This document shows positions 1 through 10,000 of a stretch of 64,000 nt of DNA, piece after piece. The first letter of the stretch is position 1, and each line of letters starts with the position of its first letter. Both the position numbers and the translations under genes were made by a program. Location: positions 52,644 to 116,643 of the forward strand of contig URSS01000004.1 in assembly GCA_900550545.1 (NCBI GenBank), in the 5' to 3' direction. Under the pieces are notes generated by a model that was not told where the DNA came from, did no database searches, and saw only the letters and a program-made list of their open reading frames with translations. Origin of the DNA: an uncultured Lachnobacterium sp. (lineage in GTDB: Bacteria; Bacillota; Clostridia; Lachnospirales; Lachnospiraceae).

Positions 1-149
1 AGAATGGCAGAATTTGTATGTGAGTTTTGTCTGATTTTGTAGATAATGTGGATTTTTTGTAATCAAAGAATCTCTTATAGAACTTCTGACATGAAAAAAG
101 CCGCTGCATGAAATCATGCAACAGCTTCTTTTCGTCTGTAACTATCTCT

Positions 150-1580
150 TTATTTGTATTGTGATTCATTATGTCTCCGGAGGAAATCCTTTGTCTCCTT
201 TACAACAACACCACTCAACGCAAACAACGCGATCATGTTTGGAATTGCCATCAGACCATTGAAGATATCGGCAATCGTCCATACAGCACTTACGGTCATA
301 TATGGTCCGATAAATACAGCCAGAATGTAAATCCAGCGATATACTTTTACGTGCTTCATATTTCCGCCGCTTAAGTACTCCAGACAACGCTCACTGTAAT
401 AATCCCATCCGAGAATCGTTGTGAATGCGAAGAATACCAGACACAGCATCAGAATAAAAGAAGATACCTCTGCCGGGAATGGAAGTCCATTCTGGAATGC
501 ATAAGTTGTAACCTGCACACCTTCTAAGCCTTCTACCTGCCATGCACCGGTCAGTACAATGGAAAGTCCGGTAAGTGTACAGATGACAATGGTATCAATA
601 AATGTTCCTGTCATGCTGACAAGTCCCTGACGAACCGGCTCCTTTGTCTGTGCAGCTGCAGCTGCGATTGGTGCACTACCAAGACCTGCCTCGTTTGAGA
701 AGATACCTCTGGCAACACCTTTTTGCATTGCAACGACCATGCTTCCGACCACACCACCGGTAACTGCTCTTGGATTAAATGCAGCCTTTACAATCGTAAC
801 GATTGCTGCCGGAACTTCTGTAATATTACAGATAACAAGAATAATAACAAATACCACATAAATAATCGCCATAAACGGTACAATGATCTGGCTGACACTT
901 GCGATTCTCTTTACACCACCGATCAGTACGGCAGCTACACAGAATGCAAGGATCAAGGATGCGATCACAACCGACCATGAATATTCTCCAAGGAATGGAA
1001 GGATTTTTACACTGTGCTGATTGTTCGGATCAAAAAATCCATTGACAGCACTGGCAATGCCGTTTACCTGGCTGAATGTTCCAATTCCGAATAAACCTAC
1101 ACACACACCGAAAAATGCGAACAGCTTTGCAAGCCATTTCCATTTTGCACCCATACCACGCTCAATATAATAGAAAGGACCACCAAGACTGTGTCCGTCC
1201 TCTGCTACCACACGATACTTCACAGCAAGCAGACCTTCGGAATACTTGGTTGCCATACCAAAGAAAGCCGCTACGATCATCCAGAACAACGCTCCCGGAC
1301 CACCTGCACCTACGGCAGTTGCCACTCCGACGATGTTACCGGTACCGATCGTTGCGCTTAACGCGGTACATAGCGCAGCGAAGCTGGAAATCTCTCCCCT
1401 GGCTCCTTCTGCCTCTTCCTCATTCTTAATCATCCACTTCAGTGCCAGCGGAAGCTTTCTTACCTGTAAAAGCCCCAGACGCACCGTCAGCAGTAAACCG
1501 CCTGCAAGGATCAGCACCATAAGCGGTACACCCCAGACCAGATTGTCCACCGTGGATAGGAAATCATTAATTGCACTCAT
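150..1580 (-). CDS. Alanine/glycine:cation (Na+) symporter, AGCS family; 476 aa polytopic membrane protein
   Basis: Full-length ORF; N-terminus MSAINDFLSTVDNLVWGVPLMVLIL and length match the AGCS family; preceded by a glycine riboswitch. Confidence 0.85.
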   Translation of the reverse strand: MSAINDFLSTVDNLVWGVPLMVLILAGGLLLTVRLGLLQVRKLPLALKWMIKNEEEAEGARGEISSFAALCTALSATIGTGNIVGVATAVGAGGPGALFWMIVAAFFGMATKYSEGLLAVKYRVVAEDGHSLGGPFYYIERGMGAKWKWLAKLFAFFGVCVGLFGIGTFSQVNGIASAVNGFFDPNNQHSVKILPFLGEYSWSVVIASLILAFCVAAVLIGGVKRIASVSQIIVPFMAIIYVVFVIILVICNITEVPAAIVTIVKAAFNPRAVTGGVVGSMVVAMQKGVARGIFSNEAGLGSAPIAAAAAQTKEPVRQGLVSMTGTFIDTIVICTLTGLSIVLTGAWQVEGLEGVQVTTYAFQNGLPFPAEVSSFILMLCLVFFAFTTILGWDYYSERCLEYLSGGNMKHVKVYRWIYILAVFIGPYMTVSAVWTIADIFNGLMAIPNMIALFALSGVVVKETKDFLRRHNESQYK

Positions 1581-1774
1581 ACTTTTTTACCTCTCGTTTC
1601 TTTTGTATTGTGTGCATTTTTCAAAACTTCTGGAAAATCGGGAGATTCCCTTGATTGGTTCACAGACAGGAAACTTTGTATTTCTGAATCATTGTTCTGT
1701 CTGTATAAATTATCCCATGTATGCAATGCACACATGGGATAGAAGATACGATTTATACTTTGATAAAGATATCT

Positions 1775-1950
1775 TCTCTGTCCTGTTGCCTGAGAGATTC
1801 ATACGCATCGCGTATGTTGCACCTTCGGCCCCTGATCATATCCAGGTGTCTCCAGAGAGTCGATCCATTTACAGTTGCACCGGTCAGCCGGCACCTGAGA
1901 GTGTTACTCCTTCGGTAGACTTGCGTCGTTTTCCTGCAAACTTCATCTCG
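1775..1950 (-). promoter_or_regulatory. Glycine riboswitch (second aptamer clear, upstream aptamer degenerate) in the 5' leader of the AGCS symporter
   Basis: Minus-strand read: CTCTGGAGACACCTGG...GGGGCCGAAGGTGCAA...TCTCTCAGGCAACAGGACAGAG matches the glycine aptamer core (CUCUGGAGA / GCCGAAGG.GCAA / CUCAGGCAA.AGGAC). Upstream block ACCGAAGGAGTAA...CTCTCAGGTGCC resembles a second or ghost aptamer. Hairpin ATCCCATGTGTGCATTGCATACATGGGAT at 1714-1745 may be the expression platform. Confidence 0.7.
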
Positions 1951-1968
1951 AAAATTGCCCTAAAAAAC

Positions 1969-1997
1969 AATATATCGTGTATCAATGTATTTTTCAA
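1969..1997 (-). promoter_or_regulatory. Candidate sigma-A promoter for the riboswitch-symporter transcript
   Basis: Minus strand TTGAAA (1997-1992), 17-nt spacer, TATATT (1974-1969). Confidence 0.35.
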
Positions 1998-2049
1998 GAT
2001 TTTTTTAGATTTTTTGTAAACAATTTACTTAATGCATTTTCAATTACAA

Positions 2050-3903
2050 CTAAGCCACTACATCTTCAAACTGCGAATTGTAAAGGTTTGCATAGAAACC
2101 GTTCGCTGCAAGAAGTTCCTCGTGGTTACCCTGTTCAATAATATCGCCGTCTTTCATAACAAGAATGAGATCTGCATCACGGATCGTGGAAAGTCTGTGG
2201 GCGATGACAAAACTTGTTCTGCCCTTCATCAGATTATCCATCGCTTTCTGAATCTCGATTTCGGTTCTTGTATCGACGGAAGAAGTTGCCTCATCGAGAA
2301 TGAGAATCTTGTTATCTGCAAGAATCGCTCTTGCAATGGTCAGAAGCTGTTTCTGTCCCTGTGATACGTTGCTGGCATCTTCATTTAACTCCATCTGATA
2401 CCCACCCGGAAGTGTCTGAATGAAATGATGCGCTCTGGCAGCTTTTGCCGCTGCAATCACTTCCTCATCGGTTGCATCGAGTCTTCCGTAGCGGATATTC
2501 TCCATGATGGTTCCTTTAAACAGCCAGGTATCCTGCAATACCATACCAAATGCATCGCGCAGTTCTCTTCGGTTGAAGTCTTTGATATTGTGATCATTCA
2601 ACAGAATCGCACCACTGTTTACATCATAGAAACGCATGAGCAGTTTTACCATTGTTGTCTTTCCGGCTCCGGTCGGTCCTACGATTGCGATCTTCTGACC
2701 CGGCTTTACCTTAGCACTGAAATCATTAATAATAATCTGCTCCGGATTATAACCAAAATGCACATGATCAAAGGTAACTTCGCCTGTGACGGTTGTAATA
2801 TCTGCCGGGTTTTCTACAATCTGTACTTCCTCTTCTTCATTCAGAAATTCAAATACACGCTCCGATGCAGCAGACATCGACTGTACCATATTGATGACCT
2901 GTGCAATCTGCTGGATTGGCTGGGTAAAGTTCTTTACATACTGAATGAACGCCTGAATATCACCAATCGTAATTACATTTTTGATTGCAAGTAAACCACC
3001 GGTCAATGCCACACATGCATATCCAAGGTTTCCGACAAACATCATGATTGGATGCATCATGCCGGATAAAAACTGTGACTTCCATGCAGAATCATAGAGA
3101 ATTTTATTTGTTTTCTCAAACTCATCAATCGTATCTTTCTCGCGGTTAAAAGCCTTGATCACAAGATGTCCTCCATAGACTTCCTCGACCTGACCGTTGA
3201 TATGTCCCAGATATTCCTGCTGTGCACGGAAGAATTTCTGCGATTTCTTCGTCACGAATCCGATCAGTCCCATAGAAATAGGAAGAATAACCAAAGCGAT
3301 CAGTGTCATGAGCGGAGAAATGCTCAGCATCATGATCAATACACCGATCAGCGTTGCAACGGAAGTAATAATGGTCGTAATACTCTGGTTCAGTCCCTGT
3401 CCTAACGTATCGACATCATTGGTGATACGGGAGAGAACCTCACCGTACGTACGGCTCTCAAAATACTTCATCGGCATGCGATTGATTTTCTCTGAAATTT
3501 CTTTTCGCAGCTGATAACATACTTTCTGGGTCACACCTGTCATGATCCAGCCCTGAATAAAGCTGAACAATGCACTGCACAGATACAACCCCAATACAAA
3601 CAACAGGATGATTCCAATCTTTGTAAAATCGATGCTTCCCGTTCCTTTGATTTTATCCATTAGGCCCTCAGACAAGGCGGTCGTCGCTTTACCTAAAATC
3701 TTTGGTCCGATTACGGTAAATACGGTAGAGCAGGCTGCACAGATCATAACAATAAAAATGCCGATTTTGTATTTTCCGATATATTGCATCAGCTGCTTAA
3801 TGGACTTCTTTAAATCTTTCGGTTTTTCGCCCGGCTGCATGCCACGTCCCATCGGACCTCTTCTTCTTGGCTGCTGATGTCTGACTTCCTGATTACTGCT
3901 CAT
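2050..3903 (-). CDS. ABC transporter ATP-binding/permease (type I exporter half, partner of the upstream ABC)
   Basis: Six-TM domain then NBD with Walker A GPTGAGKTT, signature LSQGQKQLLTIARA, Walker B ILILDEATS. Start chosen at MSSNQEV (ATG 3903) with RBS GAGGTGG; the track's first Met is 3924. Confidence 0.85.
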   Translation of the reverse strand: MSSNQEVRHQQPRRRGPMGRGMQPGEKPKDLKKSIKQLMQYIGKYKIGIFIVMICAACSTVFTVIGPKILGKATTALSEGLMDKIKGTGSIDFTKIGIILLFVLGLYLCSALFSFIQGWIMTGVTQKVCYQLRKEISEKINRMPMKYFESRTYGEVLSRITNDVDTLGQGLNQSITTIITSVATLIGVLIMMLSISPLMTLIALVILPISMGLIGFVTKKSQKFFRAQQEYLGHINGQVEEVYGGHLVIKAFNREKDTIDEFEKTNKILYDSAWKSQFLSGMMHPIMMFVGNLGYACVALTGGLLAIKNVITIGDIQAFIQYVKNFTQPIQQIAQVINMVQSMSAASERVFEFLNEEEEVQIVENPADITTVTGEVTFDHVHFGYNPEQIIINDFSAKVKPGQKIAIVGPTGAGKTTMVKLLMRFYDVNSGAILLNDHNIKDFNRRELRDAFGMVLQDTWLFKGTIMENIRYGRLDATDEEVIAAAKAARAHHFIQTLPGGYQMELNEDASNVSQGQKQLLTIARAILADNKILILDEATSSVDTRTEIEIQKAMDNLMKGRTSFVIAHRLSTIRDADLILVMKDGDIIEQGNHEELLAANGFYANLYNSQFEDVVA

Positions 3904-6217
3904 TTTCAGCCACCTCACTTTCATTCAGTCCAAGCTCACTTGCAGATAACTGGGATTTTGCAATTTCCTGATATACGCTGCAATTCTTTAACAGTTCCTC
4001 GTGTGTTCCTTTTCCGACAATGCGACCGTCATCCAGTACCAGGATCTGTTCTGCATGAAGAATCGTACTGATTCGCTGCGCTACGATAATCACCGTGCTG
4101 TCCTTTACATTTTCTGCAAGTGCCTTGCGGAGTGCCGCATCTGTTTTCAAATCCAGTGCGGAAAAACTGTCGTCGAAAATAAATATCTTCGGATCTTTTG
4201 CAATGGCTCTGGCAATTGCAAGTCGCTGCTTCTGTCCACCGGAAACATTGCTTCCGCCCTGCGCAATCGATGAATCATATTTATCATCTTTTGCCTCGAT
4301 AAACTCAGTTGCCTGTGCGATTTCTGCTGCTTTTTTAATCTGCTCATCGCTTGCATCGTCTTTACCAAAGCGTAAGTTCGATGCGATCGTTCCGGAAAAC
4401 AATACACCCTTCTGTGGTACAAAACCAATCTCCTCACGCAGATCTGCCATCGTAATATTGCGGATGTCTTTGCCATCCAGTGTAATCTGTCCACCCGTCA
4501 CATCATAGAGACGCGGAATCAGGTTGACCAGCGTGGATTTACCGCAACCGGTACTTCCAATGATTGCCGTCGTCTTTCCAGGTTCTGCCACGAAATCAAT
4601 ATCATGTAATACATCTTCCTCTGCCCCCGGATATCTGAAGTTTACATGTTCGAAACGAACAACTCCATCATGTACCGTCAGTTCTTCCGGAGCTTTTGGA
4701 TCCTGAATGGAAGACTCTGTATGGATAACTTCATCGATACGCTCTGCTGCAACAGCTGCACGCGGAAGCATGATCGACATCATTGTCAGCATCAAAAATG
4801 ACATAACAATCATCATTGCATAAGTGATAAATGCAGTCATTGCACCGACCTGCATCGTCCCTGCATCAATCTTGTGCGCACCTACCCATACAATTCCTAC
4901 GGTAAGTACATTCATGATCATCATCATACCAGGCATCATAAATGTCATGACACGGTTTGTAAAAAGCATAGTCTTTGTCAACTCTTTATTCGCACCGTCA
5001 AAACGTTCTTCTTCTTTTTTCTCACGGCCAAATGCACGAATAACGGAAAGTCCGGTAAGAATCTCACGCGAAACCAGGTTGATATTGTCGACCAGTTTCT
5101 GCATCAGTTTGAATTTTGGCATAGTCACAGACATCAGTACCATGACATAACCAAGTATCACAAGAATTGCCAGAACAATGATCCAGCCCATTCCGGCTCC
5201 GGTCTGCATAACTTTGATCACACCACCGATACCAAGGATCGGTGCATAGGCAACCATACGAAGAAGCAGCACAGATACCATCTGGATCTGCTGAATATCG
5301 TTCGTGCTTCGTGTGATTAAGGATGCTGTAGAAAAGCGGTCCATCTCTGCATTGGAAAATCCAACGACCCGTTTGAACACACCATCGCGCAGATTCATAC
5401 CGATTCCTGCACCGATACGGGATGCAAAGAATCCAACGAGAACCGTAACCAGTCCCATCAGAAGTGCCATGCCGACCATTTTCAGTCCTGCACTGAGCAG
5501 ATAGGATTTCTGAATCTTATCCACATTCACACCTGCGTCTTTGTCCGCTGCTACCGCATAGGCAATGCCCATAGATTTCACAAGAGAACTTCCCATCGTA
5601 TCAATGGTATCCTCCATCGTGTCACGCATGGAAAGAATCTGGTCTTTGTCCATCGCACCGCTTGCCAGCATATTGGCAAATATCGGTCTTACGTCCACAC
5701 AGTCGACTTTGACTTTGTTTCCGTCATCATCCTCTTTCTCCTGCTTGAAACTTTTCAGGTCCACATGCATCATTGCACCGATATCTTCCACACTCATGTC
5801 AGCAAAAGCCGATACATCTTTTCCCATCTGCTTTGCGATTGTCTCCTTAAAAGTGTCCACTTCCATCGCACGCATCTGGTAGTTCATAATGAGCGGAATC
5901 GTAAGTTCCTCATCAATATCATTCAGTTCCTTATTGGATAAATCTTTTAACTCATACAGATCATCTTTCTTTTCATAGATGTCTTTCCATGTATTCGTTT
6001 CCTTATCCGTCATAATAAACTGTGCTGTATCAAATTCATCTGCAGTCATCTTTTCCGGCACAACATGCTCCACACCATTGTTCTGGATTCCCACATCGAT
6101 GATATCCGACGTATATACCGGAAGTGACAGGTCACACCATGCCTGGACGAACAGCAGCGCAATGATAATTATGACTGCTTTCCAGTAGGGAAGCATATTT
6201 TTAAAAATCCTACTCAT
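3893..6217 (-). CDS. ABC transporter ATP-binding/permease with ~230-aa extracytoplasmic insertion after TM1
   Basis: NBD motifs GSTGCGKST, LSGGQKQRLAIARAI, IFIFDDSFSALD. Start taken at MSRIFKNM (ATG 6217); the upstream EKSRT-repeat extension is the alternate frame of marR. Stop overlaps the next ABC start by 11 nt. Confidence 0.8.
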   Translation of the reverse strand: MSRIFKNMLPYWKAVIIIIALLFVQAWCDLSLPVYTSDIIDVGIQNNGVEHVVPEKMTADEFDTAQFIMTDKETNTWKDIYEKKDDLYELKDLSNKELNDIDEELTIPLIMNYQMRAMEVDTFKETIAKQMGKDVSAFADMSVEDIGAMMHVDLKSFKQEKEDDDGNKVKVDCVDVRPIFANMLASGAMDKDQILSMRDTMEDTIDTMGSSLVKSMGIAYAVAADKDAGVNVDKIQKSYLLSAGLKMVGMALLMGLVTVLVGFFASRIGAGIGMNLRDGVFKRVVGFSNAEMDRFSTASLITRSTNDIQQIQMVSVLLLRMVAYAPILGIGGVIKVMQTGAGMGWIIVLAILVILGYVMVLMSVTMPKFKLMQKLVDNINLVSREILTGLSVIRAFGREKKEEERFDGANKELTKTMLFTNRVMTFMMPGMMMIMNVLTVGIVWVGAHKIDAGTMQVGAMTAFITYAMMIVMSFLMLTMMSIMLPRAAVAAERIDEVIHTESSIQDPKAPEELTVHDGVVRFEHVNFRYPGAEEDVLHDIDFVAEPGKTTAIIGSTGCGKSTLVNLIPRLYDVTGGQITLDGKDIRNITMADLREEIGFVPQKGVLFSGTIASNLRFGKDDASDEQIKKAAEIAQATEFIEAKDDKYDSSIAQGGSNVSGGQKQRLAIARAIAKDPKIFIFDDSFSALDLKTDAALRKALAENVKDSTVIIVAQRISTILHAEQILVLDDGRIVGKGTHEELLKNCSVYQEIAKSQLSASELGLNESEVAENEQ

Positions 6218-6731
6218 GCTCTCTTTCCTTTCTGTCCTTGATTTTTCTGTCCTTGATTTTTCTGTCCTTGATTTTTCTGTCCTTGATTTTTCTAGCCTCA
6301 AGTTCCTTTTCTGCAATACTGTAAATGTTATTCAGGTACAAGATCAGTTGATTCATTTCCTGCTCATCCAACTTTGCCATCACAGTTTTTCCAAAGTCAC
6401 GCATTTCCCGTTGTACTGCGCTGGTCTGCTTTTTGCCCTCCTCCGTCAGTTCCACGTATGTATTGCGTCGGTCATTTTTGTTGATGGTACGTTCCACGTA
6501 TCCTTTTTCTTCCAATCCTCTCAGCGTTCTTGAGATTGCTGACGGGAGCATTCTTGCCGTAGAAGCCAGCTTTGAGATCGTCATCTTGTCATCCTGTCCC
6601 TTTTTCATTATCACATTCATTACGATGAAGTCCGCTTTGTTCATGTTTTGCATTATGTCACCGAATTTCAGCTTATGAAACTGATTCATGGCGCGAAACA
6701 TATCTTCATAAAGATCGTCTCTGGTTTTCAT
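6210..6731 (-). CDS. MarR family transcriptional regulator with C-terminal (KIKDR)4 repeat tail
   Basis: 173 aa; winged-helix core (...TISKLASTARMLPSAISRTLRGLEEKGYVERTINKNDRRNTYVELTEEG...) typical of MarR. Its stop overlaps the ABC start by 8 nt (ATGAGTAG). Confidence 0.8.
   Translation of the reverse strand: MKTRDDLYEDMFRAMNQFHKLKFGDIMQNMNKADFIVMNVIMKKGQDDKMTISKLASTARMLPSAISRTLRGLEEKGYVERTINKNDRRNTYVELTEEGKKQTSAVQREMRDFGKTVMAKLDEQEMNQLILYLNNIYSIAEKELEARKIKDRKIKDRKIKDRKIKDRKEREHE
6232..6291. repeat. Perfect tandem repeat, 15-bp unit (tctgtccttgatttt) x4, inside the marR 3' end
   Basis: Read directly from the sequence; translated on the minus strand each unit encodes KIKDR in frame. Confidence 0.95.
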
Positions 6732-7002
6732 AGTTACACTCCTTATTTTTCAATTATATGATTAAAGGGTCAAAAGGTATCATCGATGCATGCTTGCATG
6801 CAATTCGATGTATACCTTAGTGACCCGCACTACACCGAGAAAGTAGCAATTTACTGCTGAAACGCAGAAAATTAGCGGATTTCGAGGTGGAGTCAGATTA
6901 CGGGAATGCGTAGCATGTAGTAATCTGATTAATCATAAATGAGGGGCAAAATACCTTTTGACCCTCATATCATTATATAACATTGTTAAGTATTTGCGTG
7001 TG

Positions 7003-7052
7003 TTAAATAATAACACCGGCAAATTACTTCGTCAAGCAATCTGCCGGTGTTT
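7003..7052 (-). terminator. Hairpin terminator downstream of the galactanase gene
   Basis: ACACCGGCA (7012-7020) pairs with TGCCGGTGT (7042-7050); T-rich flank. Confidence 0.45.
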
Positions 7053-7079
7053 ATATTTATTTCATATTTTGTTTAGAAA

Positions 7080-10000
7080 TTACTTTACTTTTACCTTCAT
7101 TGTTACGGTCTTTTTCTTACCACTCTTTAAGGTAACGGTTGCTTTTACAACCGCAGTTCCCTTTTTCTTTGCAGTAATCTTTCCGTTCTTTGCTACTTTT
7201 ACAACAGATTTCTTTGTCGTTGTATAAGTAACGCTCTTTACGTTGTCCATGTCAAGCTTGCTGCTTAACTGGATTTTTGTTGATTTTCCTTTCTTTACTG
7301 AAACAGATGTTTTCTTTACTTCAACAGTTTTTAAAACAGCCTTCTCGACTTTCTCTACCTCTTTTGCTGTAACAAGCTGATACTCACATCCCTTTGGAAG
7401 ACTTACAGAAATTGTACCGTTTTCATCTACCTTATATGACTTTGCATTGACAAGTTTCTTCTCGCCCGTTTTCTTGTCTACGGCAAGAACCTTAAGTGTA
7501 TTTTCAGCTGTAAGGTCCTTTGCATCAACGGTAACTGTGTACTGTGTATTTCCTTTTGCATCCGTAACCTCGGTTGTGATGACAACGCTGTCTGTTCCTG
7601 CTGCCTCAACAATCTTTGCTGCAACATCTGTGGAAATTTCCGGTTTTGTACTTTTAACCGTTGCACCTGCATCTGTTACATTTCCGTTACTGTCCTTCGT
7701 GATTGTAACCGTTGCTTCTACCTTTTCTCCAGAAGGTGTGGCAGCTGTTACATTCTTGATTTCTGTTGTATCCTTGTCCGTTGGTGTCACTACGGTTGTA
7801 TTGCTGGAAGAACCGGAATCCGATCCATTATTATCCTTATTATCCCCAGAAGCTCCTTCCTGATGCAAATACAATACATCCACAGATCCCCAACCTGCTG
7901 CTTTATTTTCAACAGCAATACGGAATTTTACGCTAGTCTCTTTGTCGAGTGTAAATGTTACCTTTGGTGTTTTCCATTCGTTCCATCCGGTTACTTCTGT
8001 CGCATCTCCGCTGGATAAAACGCTGTCATTCTCTACATTTAACACCTGCATAATCACACTTGCATCTTTTCCTTCTGCATATGCTTCAAATGTATAGCTA
8101 CCCTTTGCTAGAGTAATTGCTTCATTGTAAGTAACAGAACCGGTTGCCTCTGCTGCACTATACCAGCTCATGCTGTGTTTTCCACTCTTTGGATTTTCTG
8201 TAGATGGAATATTCTTAAACATTGTTCCATCAATGGTAAATACAGAACCGTCATCAAACTCTACCGCTGCCTCATTTGTAATCAGATTGGCCTGCTTTAC
8301 CTTTAAAGTCAGGGTTACCTCTGCACTCTTCTTTCCTTTATATGTACCTCTGGTAATCTCTTTGCTGAATGTAACCGTTCCTGCGACCTGATAAATACCT
8401 GCCTTTGTTGTATCAATTTTCTTTACATCTGTTTCATTCCATGTAATCTCTTCTGCTTTTGTCTCATCGGAATACATAACATCCAAAGTCTTTGGAAGCT
8501 CAAATGTACTATTTGCAAGAACTTCCTGTGTCAGATCAGCCCCCATTCCCTCGACGCTGACCTCATTGGATACTGCACCTGTCTTTACATAGTTCCATAC
8601 ATGAAGAGAAGGACTTGCAGTTCCATCCGGATAAAACATTGCTTCGTTGTCTACGGCAGAACCGCCAAACCATACGCCTGCATCTTTTGCATCAAACTCA
8701 CTTGCATAGCTGGATGCCCAGCCGCTTCCATATTTTTCCCATTTTTCCTTGTTTGCTGCTACCTGCTTGTCATATGCTTCTCCGGTCAGCCCTGTGGTGT
8801 CTCCTACCGTCAGCCATGCCGGTTCCCAGTAGTAAACGCCAAGACCACCGGCATTGTTTACGGTGTTGATCAGGTTTCTGATTGCCGTAGCCTGTCCCTG
8901 CTCGGTAAACGGCTCCGTTGCATTGTCTGCGGTATCATTGTTTCCGACACGAACAGTATTGCTGTGACCATCGCTGTCCTCTAAGGTATAAGCGTAACTG
9001 GTCTCTGCTACCATAACATCTTTTCCATAAGTATTTTTTACTGTTTCCAGCTGTGTCTTTAAATTATCCAAAGTTCCATGCCAATATGGATAATAGCTGG
9101 TTGCAAGAATATCATAGTCTACTTTATTCTCATCCAGACGTTTTGCCCATCTTGTCATGTTTGCTTTTTCCGGGTTGGTCAGATGAATAACCACTTTGAC
9201 TTCATTGTTGTATGCCTTCACACCTTTTGATCCAGCTTCAAAAAGAGTACACATATTTGCGACATCGGTTTCTCCAATAAATCCGTTTGTTGTCTCATTT
9301 CCTACCTGTACCATGTCAACGACATCTTTTGTCGGATCAATCGTATTTAAAGAATCCTCAAGAAAAGCGGTAAGCGCTTCTGCCTTCTGCTCTACGGTGT
9401 AACCCTTCCACGCCTTTGGCACATACTGTTTTCCAGGATCGGTCCACAGATCGGAGCAGTGAAAATCAACAAGCATCTTGATTTCGGCCTTCCGGCAGGC
9501 ATCTGCAAACTGTTTTGCTTTTTCCACATCATTGTTTCCACCACCATAGCCATTTCCATTCGTATCGTACGGATTGTTCCATACGCGGATACGAATATGG
9601 TTGATTCCCTGATCTGCAAGGAATTTGCAGATATCATCAAGTGTTTCCAGTTTGTTTCCTTCATAATCCCGATAAACAACACCACTTTCCAGCTCGGAAA
9701 TCATAGAAGAAATATCCATACCCATAATAAAATCGGAAGATAATTCCTTGTCTGTTTTCTTTACGTTTACAGTTGCATCGGTTACGGTGGATGCTGCCTG
9801 CTTTACCTGAATTTTGATGGTAAGATTGTCAATGATCTTCTTCCAGTTATCATCCTGCAGATTGATCTGAATCTCATTGTCTCCGGCCTTCTGTGGCTGC
9901 ATCTTCATGGTAAGCACGCGACCGCCATCTGAGCCTTCGGATATATAATCTATAAATTCACTCTGACTTTCTGTAGTATTATTCCACCAGTAAATGTGAT

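Noticed and set aside
1246-2019. 257-aa plus-strand ORF
   Set aside because: It lies antisense to the AGCS symporter 5' end and across the glycine riboswitch, has proline/serine-rich low-complexity sequence, and has no RBS. Judged a spurious ORF.
4147-4494. 115-aa minus-strand ORF and other 60-170-aa ORFs inside the ABC transporter genes (e.g. 4095-4508, 4874-5320)
   Set aside because: They are embedded in or antisense to well-supported long CDSs, have biased composition and no independent support.
6218-6316. N-terminal extension of the ABC ORF containing EKSRT x4 repeats
   Set aside because: It is the alternate reading frame of the marR 15-bp repeat. A good RBS and ATG at 6217 (MSRIF...) give a conventional start overlapping the marR stop.
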